From the NCBI GenBank assembly GCA_048772705.1, contig JBLWGC010000129.1, forward strand, positions 1-36,111: 36,111 nt of DNA, in the 5' to 3' direction. Below, piece by piece: positions 9,170 to 19,558 of the stretch (positions are counted from its first letter, which is position 1; each line of letters opens with the position of its first letter). Under the pieces are notes generated by a model. It made no database searches. It was not told the origin of the DNA and saw only the letters and a program-made list of their open reading frames with translations. The position numbers were made by a program, and so were the translations under genes. This DNA is from Leidyana gryllorum EB-2025a. Its lineage: Eukaryota; Protista; Apicomplexa.

Positions 9170-9465
9170 TAGTCTGCAACATGTCAGAGGTAGCCGAAAT
9201 GCGATTCTCGAGAGGTTAGTTGCGCTGACTGCCCTACCGAAGTGGGCTAACGAGGTGGCTGTGTTGGTTCTGGGGCAACTTGTCCCATCGGGTCAACCGA
9301 CGACCAAGAGGGCTGTTCTGGGAATCGAACCAGGACTCCACCCTGAGGAGGGGTCACAGCACTAGACCAAACAGCCGACCGTTTGGTGGTGCAAACCGCT
9401 GAGTACAGTTGAGAGAGTGGTCATACTATGTTGAGAACCAACACATGCGATGAGGTCTGCAGAAC

Positions 9466-9538
9466 GGGCGACTAGCTCAAATGGTAGAGCGCTCGCTTAG
9501 CATGCGAGAGGTACTGGGATCGATGCCCAGGTCGTCCA
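9466..9538 (+). tRNA. trnA: tRNA-Ala(AGC)
   Basis: Intact consensus copy. Confidence 0.95.
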
Positions 9539-9679
9539 AACTTCGTACGGCTGCACCTGCCGCTATTTATTTACCGAGTTGAGAGCTTTTAATTGTGCTG
9601 TGCAGCCCTTGGACAGACCTGGGCACCGCAGTATGTGTGAACAAAATCTGAGTTGCAGCAGTTGTGATTGCTGGAACTG

Positions 9680-9751
9680 CTCCGAGACCGGGAATCGAAC
9701 CCGGCTCTTCCGCGTGACAGGCGGAAATACTGACCACTATACTATCTCGGA
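9680..9751 (-). tRNA. trnD: tRNA-Asp(GTC)
   Basis: TCCGC-CT GTC AC-GCGGA, G73. Confidence 0.87.
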
Positions 9752-9912
9752 CGCTAGTAAACACGCCGGCCTCCAACCCCAGAACTCCTCGCATTTTGGT
9801 ATTTGACGGACAGGAAACGGGTAACACTTCGGCAAGATGGGCGAGTGCTGTGTGCAAGCCGCCGTCCGAAAATGCGGGCGGAGAATCGCAACCATGTTAG
9901 GCTGATGACTGA

Positions 9913-9984
9913 AGCCTACTGCTGGAATCGAACCGGCGACCTTTCGCTTACTAAGCGAATGCTCTGCCCCTAAGCTAAGAAGGC
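9913..9984 (-). tRNA. trnT: tRNA-Thr(AGT) with two 3'-side mismatches
   Basis: Anticodon arm intact. Confidence 0.78.
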
Positions 9985-10251
9985 ATTCGCTGTCTCGATC
10001 CATATGAGGGTTTGATGCTGGGAATAGCATCATCTCCACCACAGAATTCATGCGTGAGTTGGTGTCTGACCCCTCTAATCACATCGCACGACAACTGCTG
10101 GATCTGCACCAGAGCGGCCCAGGCCCAGCTGAATTCCCCGCTTCCCTACTCGGGCAAGTTGACAACTGTCGATTCCGGCATGCGGCGAGGAGTGGCCCCA
10201 CATACGGCCGCGATAAGTGCTTATTTTCACCGCCTCCCGTGACTACCTACC

Positions 10252-10324
10252 GCCTCGGTAGCTCAGTTGGGAAAGCGCCAGACTGAAGATCTGAAAGTCC
10301 CGTCTTCGACCCACGGCCGAGGCA
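10252..10324 (+). pseudogene. degenerate tRNA-Phe(GAA)
   Basis: D-stem, anticodon-stem and G53 changes relative to the 12121 copy. Confidence 0.78.
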
Positions 10325-10593
10325 GAGAGGTTGTGACATTTGGTGTCATCCCTCGCACCCCCGTGCGACTCGAGCTTGCCAGCAGCGTTCCGCAGATTTT
10401 CAATGGGCAGTCGTCCACTCATCAAGCACGGCATGCAATAGCTCTTCGAAGTTGGAGACCGCTAGCTCAAAGGGTAGAGTGCACAGATTGGGTGGTGACC
10501 CGCGGTGCCGAACTTGAGTTTGGATGGCGCAAGTCTGCATGGCTCCGAATGGCAGCCACTCTTCTCGATTCCACTGTTGAGCGAGACCACGAG

Positions 10594-10666
10594 AACGGTG
10601 GGCGAGACCCGAACCCACAACCTTTGCCTCCGGAGGGCAACACGCTATCCATTGCGCCACCACCCC
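10594..10666 (-). pseudogene. degenerate tRNA-Arg(CCG)
   Basis: T-arm and acceptor changes relative to the 6247 copy. Confidence 0.75.
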
Positions 10667-10981
10667 GCACAACCCACAGCCTCACTGTCTCAAACGCCTG
10701 AGTCGTCAGTATCGCCTGGCCCCACTGGTTCAGATCTAGCAGCTGTCGAGTGACGTGGCAGGCGGAGTTCAAAAAGACTCGTTACCTTATTTGAGACAGG
10801 GGATGAGTCAAGCTTGCTGAACCGTATGTGAAGCCACTGGCCGCTAAATGCCGAGTTCGACAGGTGGCAACTTGCCCGAGTGTTCAAGGGGGTAGACTAG
10901 AAATCTACTGGGCCTGGCCAACGAGGTGGCTGTGTTGGTTCTGGGGGCAACTTGTCCCGTCGGATCCACTGACGACCAATA

Positions 10982-11053
10982 GGGCTGTTCTGGGAATCGA
11001 ACCCAGGACTTCTTCCACCCGAAGGAAGAATCATACCACTAGACCAAACAGCC
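10982..11053 (-). tRNA. trnP: tRNA-Pro(CGG)
   Basis: Intact. Confidence 0.94.
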
Positions 11054-11279
11054 GCCTAGCCGGTGGTTCAACCAGCTGGGTAAAGTCGAGAGACTTGTCT
11101 CACTACGTGAAGTATCACTCAATGCCATGAGGTAGGCTAACCCAGATGATGAAATGGTGGCTTACTATACGAAAGGTACTGGGATCGATTCCCAGCCCAT
11201 CCGAGTTACATCGATGGAATGTTCGCCGGAGTAGTCTACTTGGCCTATCAACGCTGTCTGCCGAAACCACATCGCTACT

Positions 11280-11359
11280 TCCGGTGGGACGGAATCGAAC
11301 CGCCGACTACCTGATGCCAGCACTACAGTCAGATGCTCTACCAACTGAGCTACCCCCGG
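11280..11359 (-). tRNA. trnY: tRNA-Tyr(GTA) with 7-nt intron
   Basis: TCTGA-CT GTA G[TGCTGGC]A-TCAGG; C1-G72, A73. Confidence 0.88.
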
Positions 11360-11553
11360 CCGTTTAACTGCTCCGGGGTTCGAAAGGCTCAACCCCAGAT
11401 CCTCGCCCTGTCGCACTGCGGTCTGAGCACAGCGCCTTAGAGAAATCGGCCATCTTGCCGGGATGTTGTTGGCTCGCCGCTCCACGCGTTTTCTGTGCTT
11501 GGAATCTCATAATGGAAGAACTTTTGGGGTTGGAGGCCGGCGTGTTCAGAGCA

Positions 11554-11625
11554 TTTGAGATAGTATGGTGGTTAGTATTTCCGCCTGTCACTCGGAAGAC
11601 CCGGGTTCGATTCCCGGTCTCAGAG
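11554..11625 (+). pseudogene. degenerate tRNA-Asp(GTC)
   Basis: Acceptor, D-loop and anticodon-stem changes. Confidence 0.75.
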
Positions 11626-11823
11626 CAGTTCCAGCCCCTCACAACTGCTGCAACTCAGATTTTGTTTCAGCTGGTCTGGCCCCCTGTGGGCGCCTCAGGT
11701 ACTGGCAGGTTCCAAACCTGCGACTTTGTGGCTAAGAGACTTACTCTGCTGGCTGAGCTACGAGGCTCAGCTACGATGATTGGAGTTTGCGATAAGCTTG
11801 CAGGTGCCTAGTCGATGCAGTCA

Positions 11824-11895
11824 AGCCTTCTGCCGGAATCGAACCGGCGACCTTTCGCTTAGTAAGCGAATGCTCTGCCCCTAAGCTAAGAAGGC
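11824..11895 (-). tRNA. Thr body with ACT anticodon (otherwise identical to Thr-AGT)
   Basis: rc TTCGC-TT ACT AA-GCGAA; the shadow ORF reads SLTK instead of SLSK. Confidence 0.8.
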
Positions 11896-12120
11896 AATTC
11901 AAAAAGGAAATGACGCATCTAACCCCGTTGAGGGAGGTTACTGAAGCACTCCAAGGAGCTCCACTGCCGGCCCTTGAACCCGGACCGTGCGGGTGAAAGC
12001 CGCATATCCCAGCCGGCCTCAGCCAGACCCTCATGTGATCGAGACAGGGCCTGCCTGGTTAGCTGAGGGGCAAAACGCTCGCATGGGTGCGAGGGTTGAC
12101 ACCAAATGTCACAGCCTCTC

Positions 12121-12193
12121 TGCCTCGGCCGTGGATCGAACACGGGACTTCCAGATCTTCAGTCTGGCGCTCTCCCAACTGAGCTACCGAGGC
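12121..12193 (-). tRNA. trnF: tRNA-Phe(GAA)
   Basis: CCAGA-CT GAA GA-TCTGG, G20, A73; intact. Confidence 0.95.
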
Positions 12194-12403
12194 GGTAGGT
12201 AGTCAGGACAGGCGGTGAAAATAAGCACTTACCGCGGCCGGCCACTCCTCGCCTCACGCCGGAATCGACAGTTACCAACTTGCCCGAGTGGAGGGTAGAT
12301 TTGAATTCTACTGGGCCTGGGCAGATCCAGCAGTTGTCGTGCGATGTGGTGGAAATGATGCAATTCGCAGCATCAAAAACTCATATGGGTCGAGACAGGG
12401 AAT

Positions 12404-12475
12404 GCCTCCTTAGCTTAGGGGCAGAGCCTTCGCTTTGTAAGCGAAAGGTCGCTGGTTCGATTCCGGCAGGAGGCT
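12404..12475 (+). tRNA. trnT: tRNA-Thr(TGT)
   Basis: Loop TT TGT AA; compensatory C5-G68 pair relative to the AGT isoacceptor. Confidence 0.87.
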
Positions 12476-12652
12476 TCAGTCATTAGCCTAAACATGGTTG
12501 CGATCATCCGCCCGCATTTTCGGACGGCGACTTGCACACAGCACTCGGCCATCTCGCCGAAGTGTTGTTGGCTCGCCGTTCCACCCGTTTCCCGTCGTGT
12601 AATCTCAAAATGCGAGGACTTCTGGGGTTGGAGGCCGGCGTGTTTACTAGCG

Positions 12653-12724
12653 TCCGAGATAGTGTAGTGGTCAGTATTTCCGCCTGTCACGCGGAAGACC
12701 CGCGTTCGATTCCCGGTCTCGGAG
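12653..12724 (+). tRNA. trnD: tRNA-Asp(GTC) variant
   Basis: Anticodon arm intact; T-stem mismatch. Confidence 0.78.
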
Positions 12725-12778
12725 CACAGTTGCTTTCGCTTGAGATTGTCTTTTTGGTGCTCGCTGAAAGTTGCGAGC

Positions 12779-12851
12779 TACAACCAACGAGGATCGAACT
12801 CGGGACCTTCTGCGTGTTAAGCAGACGTCGTAACCACTAGACCATGGCTGC
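12779..12851 (-). tRNA. trnV: tRNA-Val(AAC) variant
   Basis: Loop TT AAC AC; two 3'-side changes. Confidence 0.8.
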
Positions 12852-13240
12852 ACGGAGCTTCCGGACTGTGAGAGGGGCGTGGTCTCGGGAACACACATAT
12901 CATGAACGCTCCAAGTTCGAGTAGGTCAATGCGATCCCAGTGGATTACTCCAGCATCGCCTTCTGCCCACCGGATGGCCGGACTGGAGCAGGCGTCACTG
13001 GAACTCGAGCACAGAACCCCCACTTCGCTAAAAGGATACCATATCCATCAGGCCATGGTGCCGGTCGACGGGGGGAGTAAGCTGAGGTACGTGGGGAAAT
13101 AACACCCAAGCTTGCGGTGGGATAGAAATGAACCGCAAAAGATGCGGGAGCCTGATTGTCATCTACGGACCTGTAATTTACAGAAATGGGACGGGCTGTA
13201 GTAGTACTCATTACTTTGTGGTCAGGAATGGAAGTGTCAC

Positions 13241-13311
13241 GCATCTGTGGTCTCTTGGTAGAATGTGTCGTTGCCACCGAGACGACCCAGGTTTGCTTCC
13301 CGGCAGATGCA
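13241..13311 (+). pseudogene. degenerate tRNA-Gly(GCC)
   Basis: A- and B-boxes damaged. Confidence 0.78.
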
Positions 13312-13379
13312 GAGGAGATGGCACAAGGTTGATTGCGCCTTCTACGTGAATTGGTGTCTGACCCTCCAGTCACATCGCA

Positions 13380-13470
13380 CGACAACTGCTGGATTTGAAC
13401 CAGCGCGGGCCAGGCCCAGCCAGGCCCAGTAGATTTCTAGTCTACCCCCTTAACCACTCGGCAAGTTGCC
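13380..13470 (-). pseudogene. tRNA-Ser(AGA) with 10-nt duplication at the variable arm
   Basis: ccaggcccag present twice; 1-nt D-stem deletion. Confidence 0.8.
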
Positions 13471-13705
13471 ACCTGTCGGACTTGGCATCTTGCGCCCCGT
13501 GGCTTCACATACGGTTCAGCAAGCTTGAGTCGGACTGCTCGCGCTGCCCGAAGCCGCGGTCTCTCCATTGAAAGTCTAGGGGTCTACCGACGGAGCTGGC
13601 GCGGCAAGGAAGCTCGGACTTAGTAACTAGTTCCTCCCGTATTGGTCGCAGAATGTTGGGGCTTCCTCGGGTCCAGAGCAACTATTTATCAGAGATCCAC
13701 TCACT

Positions 13706-13779
13706 TGGTCACGCCCGGGCTCGAACCGGGGACCTTGAGCTTATTAGGCTCACGCTCTAACCGACTGAGCTACGCGACC
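13706..13779 (-). tRNA. trnI: tRNA-Ile(AAT)
   Basis: TGAGC-CT AAT AA-GCTCA; intact. Confidence 0.95.
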
Positions 13780-14281
13780 ACTTCTGCGACGACAGATGGC
13801 ACCGACCCGGATGCTGGATCCCCCCTGCGCTAGAATCAAACATCAGAGCCATTCAGACACTGGCAAGAAGCTGTAGACGGCGCAAAGCGCTGGAAGGGCG
13901 TCGGCCCGAATCCCACTCTTCTCAAATTGCGCCCCATACGGGAAAAACATGAGGTCTAATTGAGTGATTCGAACGCCCAGTTTTCTAAGCTGAAGTCAGA
14001 CCCGCTATGTTCCGCCACAGGCCCCGCTCCAGACTCATTGCATCGTGATCAGGAATGGAGATCCAACATCTTTGAGCGTTTCAGGTCATCTTCAGAGCAC
14101 CCGCGGAGTTCAACCACGGGCTTGCGCTGACAAGCTGCTAAACCACTGAGCTATGTACCCACGAACTGTACGTACCCACAAACTGCCCGTCATGGTCGTT
14201 CAACCCAGTTTTATGATTCCCTTCGTTCAGAAAAATAAAAACGGCCGTTACCGTGTACGAGCTTCAACAACAAGGTGACAT

Positions 14282-14352
14282 GCATCTGTGGTCTAGTGGT
14301 AGAATGTCTCGTTGCCATCGACACGACCCGGGTTCGATTCCCGGCAGGTGCA
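14282..14352 (+). tRNA. trnG: tRNA-Gly(GCC) variant
   Basis: Loop TT GCC AT; one anticodon-stem mismatch. Confidence 0.82.
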
Positions 14353-14425
14353 GAGAAGATAATCCATGGTTGATTTCGCCAATGTTTCACGCCTCATTTA
14401 GTGTCTGACCCTCAAGCACATCGCA

Positions 14426-14507
14426 CGACAACTGTTGGATTTGAACCAGCTCGGGCCAAGCCCAGTAGATTTCGAGTCTACCCCCTTAACCACTCGGGCA
14501 AGTTGCC
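14426..14507 (-). tRNA. trnS: tRNA-Ser(CGA)
   Basis: GTAGA-CT CGA AA-TCTAC, long variable arm, G73. Confidence 0.83.
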
Positions 14508-14651
14508 AACTGTCGAACTCGGTATGCCGCAGACAGTGGCTACGTATACGGCTCTCGCGCATGACAAGCACGCTGCGTGATATGTGGTCTTGGGCTCTTC
14601 AAAGGTCGTAACTTCGAGTACTAAATACGGTGGGTGCACCCGTACGAAGTT

Positions 14652-14724
14652 TGGACGACCTGGGTATCGATCCCAGTACCTCTCGCATGCGAAGCGAGCG
14701 CTCTACCATTTGAGCTAGCCGCCC
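14652..14724 (-). tRNA. trnA: tRNA-Ala(CGC)
   Basis: Intact. Confidence 0.94.
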
Positions 14725-14820
14725 GTTACGCAGACACGCTAGCGATTAGGGGCCTTGACATACTATGAGGTGTTTCGAAGAGGGTACGGCTCTCGGCCAA
14801 AGCTGCGGCTCAGTGACTTG

Positions 14821-14893
14821 TCCACTGTAGTCTAAGTGGCTAGGATAAGCGGCTCTCACCCGTACGATCCGGGTTCAAGTCCCGACAGTGGAA
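14821..14893 (+). tRNA. trnE: tRNA-Glu(CTC) variant
   Basis: Loop CT CTC AC; two stem mismatches. Confidence 0.78.
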
Positions 14894-14976
14894 GTCATTG
14901 AAGTACTCGATCAAAGTGCTCCGATAACTTCCGTCGATGACTGATGCGTGATTCCCGGCTTGCATTGGCTTGCATT

Positions 14977-15048
14977 GCCTTCTTAGCTTAGGGGCAGAGC
15001 ATTCGCTTAGTAAGCGAAAGGTCGCCGGTTCGATTCCGGCAGAAGGCT
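14977..15048 (+). tRNA. trnT: tRNA-Thr(AGT)
   Basis: Intact. Confidence 0.94.
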
Positions 15049-15097
15049 TTGGTCACGACCCAATCAATTCTATAGCTGTTTCCCTCCTGCGCACACT

Positions 15098-15169
15098 TAG
15101 CAGTGCGTCGTTTCGATCGACGGACCTTTGGGTTATGAGCCCAACACTCTTCCACTGAGCTACACTGCT
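15098..15169 (-). tRNA. trnM: initiator tRNA-Met(CAT)
   Basis: Identical to the 5852 copy. Confidence 0.96.
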
Positions 15170-15501
15170 CGGTCTGCAACATGGAAGAGGGAGCCGAAAT
15201 GCGATTCTTGAGATGTTAATTGCCTTGAGTGCGAAGTCTGCTAACGAGCTGGCTGCGTTGGTTCTAAAAACTGCTTATCTCATCGGGTCAACCGACAACC
15301 AAGAGGGCTGTTCTGGGAATCGAAACGAGGACTTCTTCCACCCGAAAGAAGAATCATATAACTAGACCAAACAGTCCGCTGTGGGTGCCTCAGGTACTGG
15401 CATTGTGGCTGAGAGACTTACGCTCTGCTGGCTGAGCTACGAGGCTCAGCAACGACGATCGGAGTTTGCGATAAGCTGCAGGTGCCTAGTCGATGCAGTC
15501 G

Positions 15502-15573
15502 AGCCTTCTGCCGGAATCGAACCGGCGACCTTTCGCTTATTAAGCGAATGCTCTGCCCCTAAGCTAAGAAGGC
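15502..15573 (-). tRNA. Thr body with AAT anticodon (otherwise intact)
   Basis: rc TTCGC-TT AAT AA-GCGAA. Confidence 0.8.
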
Positions 15574-15649
15574 AATCCAGGCCGAAGATCACGAATCAGT
15601 CACTATCAACGGGGATTCCTGAGGCACTTTGCTCGAGTAGTCCAATGAC

Positions 15650-15722
15650 TTCCACTGCCGGTACTTGAACCCGGATCGTGCGGGTGAAAGCCGCATATAC
15701 TAGCCACTTAGACTACAGTTGA
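15650..15722 (-). pseudogene. degenerate tRNA-Glu(TTC)
   Basis: Acceptor, D-stem and B-box changes. Confidence 0.75.
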
Positions 15723-15867
15723 CAAGCTCCCGAGCTGAGGCTTCGGATGAGAGCCGTACCATCTTGATCTGAGGTGGAGCGTCGGGTGAACCAACAATAA
15801 AGGGGTTGCAGAATCCTGCGGTAGAAAGAGGAGGGTGTCTCTACCAACCTCTGAAACATTGTAGCTA

Positions 15868-15939
15868 GGTCTTGTAGCTCAGTCGGCAGAGCGTGTGGCT
15901 GTTAACCACAAAGTCGCAGGTTCGAAACCTGCAGGACCG
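15868..15939 (+). tRNA. trnN: tRNA-Asn(GTT) with 1-nt 3' deletion
   Basis: CCTGC-AGGACCG here against CCTGC-CAGGACCG in the 2643 copy. Confidence 0.75.
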
Positions 15940-16053
15940 TTTCAGGGGCACCCCAGACACTGACTGCCCTGCTCTGGCAATGGCACCTTTGGTCTGCGAC
16001 CCTTCAAAGATATAAGTTTATTTGGCACCCGCCACGTGCAGCCGTACGTACTT

Positions 16054-16126
16054 TGGACGATTTGGGTATCGATCCCAGTACCTCTCGCATGCGAAGCGAG
16101 CGCTCTAGCATCTGAGCTAGCCGCCC
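16054..16126 (-). pseudogene. degenerate tRNA-Ala(CGC)
   Basis: D-loop G lost; T-stem and acceptor mismatches. Confidence 0.75.
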
Positions 16127-16186
16127 ATCCGCTCTACATGGAAGACCTATTGCATCCAGTGGCTGACCGAGTGCCGATACAACGGC

Positions 16187-16266
16187 TGACCAGAGTGGGA
16201 TTCGAACCCACGCCCTTTCGGACTGCGACCCTAACACAGCGCCTTAGACCACTCGGCCATCTTGCC
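16187..16266 (-). tRNA. Leu body with AGG (Pro) anticodon
   Basis: rc CTGTG-TT AGG GT-CGCAG; A/B boxes, variable arm and A73 intact; A4.G69 mismatch. Confidence 0.75.
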
Positions 16267-16748
16267 GGAGTGTACTTGGCTCGCCACTTTACACGTTTTC
16301 TGTTCGTGAAGTCTCGAGAAGAAAGACTTTTGAGGTTGAAGACCCGGGCCCGATGCCCGTTTCGAAACAAGGTCGATTCCGCTTAAGATTGTCTCCTTTG
16401 GTTGCCGCTGGAAGTTGCGAGCTACAGCCACCGAGGATTGAACTCGGGATCGTCTGCGTGTGAAGCAGACGTCGTAACCACTAGACCATGGCTACACGCA
16501 TGGTACCCGCAGCCCAAGAGAAGTCGCGGAGTTTCAGGGAGTAGTGAGGATCAGTTCCAAGGTCGCGCCGGAGATCGAACCAGGTCGGAAGATTAAGAGT
16601 CTCCAGTGCTAAACACTACTTCACGCAACCCATTCAGTCCTTCCCAAAAAGGTTGGTAGAGCCATTCCGACTAGCGCTTCTTTAAGCAGTGGGCCCACAT
16701 ACGGCCGCGGTGAGTCCTTCTTTTCACCGCCTTCCATGGCTGTCTAGC

Positions 16749-16821
16749 GCCTCGGTAGCTCAGTTGGGAGAGCGCCAGACTGAAGATCTGGAAGTCCCGT
16801 GTTCGATCCACGGCCGAGGCA
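16749..16821 (+). tRNA. trnF: tRNA-Phe(GAA)
   Basis: Intact. Confidence 0.95.
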
Positions 16822-17404
16822 GAGAGGTTGTGAAATCTGGTGTCAGAACCCCCGCGCCGGTGCGAGCGTTCTGCCCCTCAGCTAACCAGGCAGGCCCTGT
16901 CTCGATCACATGAGGGTATGGCTGAGACCGGCTGGGATATGCGGCTTTCACCCACACGGTCCGGGTTCAAAGCCCGGCAGTGGAACTCCTTGGAGTGCTT
17001 CAGCAATCTCCCTCAACGGGGTGAGATGCGTAATTTCTTTGGCGGATTTCCTTCGTAGCTTAGGGGCAGAGCGTTTGCTTCGTAAGCGAGACGTCGGCTG
17101 CTCGATTTCGACAGTGCATCCATAGGCTCTCTAAACAGCGGCTGTCACCACGTACAAGATGCAGCAACATCGTGTCCTGCATCTGTGGTATAGTGATAGA
17201 ATGTCTCGTTGCTATCCGGACGGCCCGGGTTCGATTCCCTGCAGATCCGGAACCCACGCCTCAAACCGCTGTGGCAAATTGTCAGCGAGTCAAACACGTC
17301 GCTGACAAGCTTGGTCGGCACGAGCCCGGCGCATTCTGACACTTGATGTAACAATCCCCCCAGATAGATTCGAATATGGGTGACGCGGTGGCACGGCGGT
17401 GATC

Positions 17405-17478
17405 GCTCCCCTAGCTCAGCTGGTTAGAGCATCGGCCTTATGTGCCGAAGGTCGAGGGTTCGATCCCCCCGGGGAGCA
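17405..17478 (+). tRNA. trnI: tRNA-Ile(TAT), intronless
   Basis: TCGGC-CT TAT GT-GCCGA; GCTCCCC/GGGGAGC acceptor stem. Confidence 0.9.
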
Positions 17479-17866
17479 AATCAGTTCAATGACAGCCGAA
17501 CGCGACCCTGAGTGCATAGCAGGAGACCTCGGACGCTACAGTCATAAGCCCAAAACTCTCGCACTGAGTTCCACTACTCCAGCGTCGGATATCATGAAGG
17601 AAGCCAAATGTGGTTCTTGAGATGCGGACTGATTTTACACCTATGAGGGCAGGCCGACCAGGGGGCTGTTTGGTCTGCAGGTATGATTTTTCCTCGCTTG
17701 GAAGAAGATTGCAACTGGGTCTTGTAGCTCATCGGCAAAGCGTGTAGCTGTTCACCACAAAGTCGCAGTTTCGAAGCCTAGCAGTGCCGGGAGCTGCGAT
17801 ATGCGACGCTCTCTTAGAGGTCGCAACTCTATATTTACCTACCGGCAGGTGCCGCCCTACTGAGTT

Positions 17867-17939
17867 TGGACGACCTGGGTATCGATCCCAGTACCTCTCG
17901 CATGCAAAGCGAGCGCTCTACTATCTGAGCTAGCCGCCC
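17867..17939 (-). tRNA. trnA: tRNA-Ala(TGC), D-loop G18A
   Basis: Loop TT TGC AT. Confidence 0.78.
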
Positions 17940-17997
17940 ATCCGCTCTACATGGAAGACCTATTGCATCCAGTGGCTGACTGAGCCGATACAACGGC

Positions 17998-18076
17998 TGA
18001 CAAGCGTGGCTTCGAACCCACGCCCTTTCGGACTGCGGCCTGAACACAGCGCCTTAGACCACTCGGCCATCTTGCC
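17998..18076 (-). pseudogene. tRNA-Leu(CAG) with damaged T-arm
   Basis: Loop TT CAG GC; 3' side altered. Confidence 0.75.
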
Positions 18077-18167
18077 GCAGTGTTGTTGGTTCGTCCCTCC
18101 ACGCGTTTCTTGTCCGTGAGCCGAAATAGAAAGACTTCTGGGATTGGAGGCCGGCTTGTTCAAAGGG

Positions 18168-18239
18168 TCCGAGTTAGTATAGTGGTTAGTGTCTCCGCCT
18201 GTCACGCGGAAGACCCGGGTTCGATTCCCGGCCTCGAAA
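18168..18239 (+). pseudogene. degenerate tRNA-Asp(GTC)
   Basis: Acceptor mismatches, G73 lost. Confidence 0.72.
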
Positions 18240-18294
18240 CGCAGGTGGTTTCGCTTAAGATTCTGTCCTTTGGTTGTCGCTGAAAGTTGCGAGC

Positions 18295-18367
18295 TACAGC
18301 TACCGAGGATCGAACTCGGGACCTTCTGCGTGTGAAGCAGACGTCGTAACCACTAGACCATGGCTGC
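18295..18367 (-). tRNA. trnV: tRNA-Val(CAC)
   Basis: One acceptor mismatch. Confidence 0.85.
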
Positions 18368-18430
18368 ACGGCAAGTCCCGCAGACCAAAGCAAGTGGGGA
18401 GGTTTCACGAAGTAGTGAGGACTAGTTTCA

Positions 18431-18502
18431 AGGTCGCGCCGGGAATCGAACCCAGGTCGGGAGATTCAAAGTCTCCAGTGCTAACCACTACACCACGCAA
18501 CC
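18431..18502 (-). tRNA. trnQ: tRNA-Gln(TTG)
   Basis: GGAGA-CT TTG AA-TCTCC; intact. Confidence 0.94.
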
Positions 18503-18775
18503 GATTTAGCCCTTCTCAAAGAGTTGATAGAGCCATCCGGACTAGACCTTCCCCACACATGCAAAACGGGTTTTTCTACTAACCTCCAAAATATTCAATT
18601 GGCTCTTGCAGCGCAGTGGGCAAAGCGTGTGATTGTTGAATACTAAGTCGCAGGTCCGCGGTCTCAGGCACCCTAGACCGTATTGCGATGCCAAAGTCTA
18701 TCCAAGGGCTACAAGGCACAATCAAAGGCTCTCAACTCGGTAAATACATAGCGGCAGGTGCAGCCGTACGAAGTT

Positions 18776-19007
18776 TGGACGACCTGGACATCGATCCCAT
18801 ACCTTTCGCATGCTAAGCGAGCGCTCTACCATCTGAGCCAGTCGCCCGACGTGCAGTCCCCATCGCATTTATCGGTTGTCAACATAGCATGACCACTCTC
18901 TCGACTCTACCCGCGGATTGCACCACCGACCAGTCAGCTGTTTGGTCTAGTGGTATGATCCTTCCTTAGGGTGGAAGGAGTGTTGGGTTCGATTCCCAGA
19001 ACAGCCC
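18776..19007. pseudogene. degenerate divergent pair: Ala(AGC)- and Pro(AGG)+
   Basis: Multiple stem changes; standard Ala-Pro spacer. Confidence 0.75.
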
Positions 19008-19082
19008 GCTTTGTTGTATCTTGACCCAACCTGCCTGGCAGCATGGTTCTGGGTTCGGGTGATTCTTCGGAGACAGTCGGGG

Positions 19083-19155
19083 GGGCGTGTAGCGCAGTCG
19101 GTAGCGCGTAGGTCTCATAATCCTGAAGTCTAGAGTTCGATCCTCTCCACTCCCA
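19083..19155 (+). tRNA. trnM: elongator tRNA-Met(CAT)
   Basis: Loop CT CAT AA, normal TTCGA T-loop; C4 and T49 mismatches. Confidence 0.8.
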
Positions 19156-19337
19156 GGGTCGGAATCGAAATCGCCGACAAACTCATCATGCTATCGTTTT
19201 GCATCTGTCGGGAATCGCACACGGGTTATCTTGATGGCAGCGAGAGACTCTTCCACTAGACCACAGATGCAGAACACGATCCTGTTGACTCTTGTACCTG
19301 GTGACAGCCATTCTTTATAAGCCTATCAATGCGTCAA

Positions 19338-19409
19338 AGCCTTCTGCCGGAATCGAGCCGGCGCCTTCTCGCTTACGAAGCGAACGCTCTGCCCCTAAGC
19401 TTCGAAGGC
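19338..19409 (-). pseudogene. degenerate tRNA-Thr(CGT)
   Basis: Loop TT CGT AA; U8 and T54 lost. Confidence 0.75.
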
Positions 19410-19485
19410 AATGTAAGTTGGAGATGACGAAACAGTCTCTATTGACGGAGATTACTGGAGCACTTTGCTCGAGTATTTCAATGGC

Positions 19486-19558
19486 TTCCACTGCCGGGAC
19501 TTGAACCCGGATCGTGCGGGTGAGAGCCGCATATCCTAGCCACTTAGACTACAGTGGA
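19486..19558 (-). tRNA. trnE: tRNA-Glu(CTC)
   Basis: Intact consensus copy. Confidence 0.95.

Larger units (their letters stand above)
15868..19031 (+). repeat. 3.16-kb segment duplicated directly at 31550-34713
   Basis: Constant offset of 15682 across many shadow ORFs; only a handful of SNPs. Confidence 0.95.

Noticed and set aside
12940-13070. SRP RNA helix-8-like motif (ccggactggagcagg; also at ~25160)
   Set aside because: No GNRA-capped helix, and the AGG overlaps the 3' end of a decayed Arg gene on the minus strand
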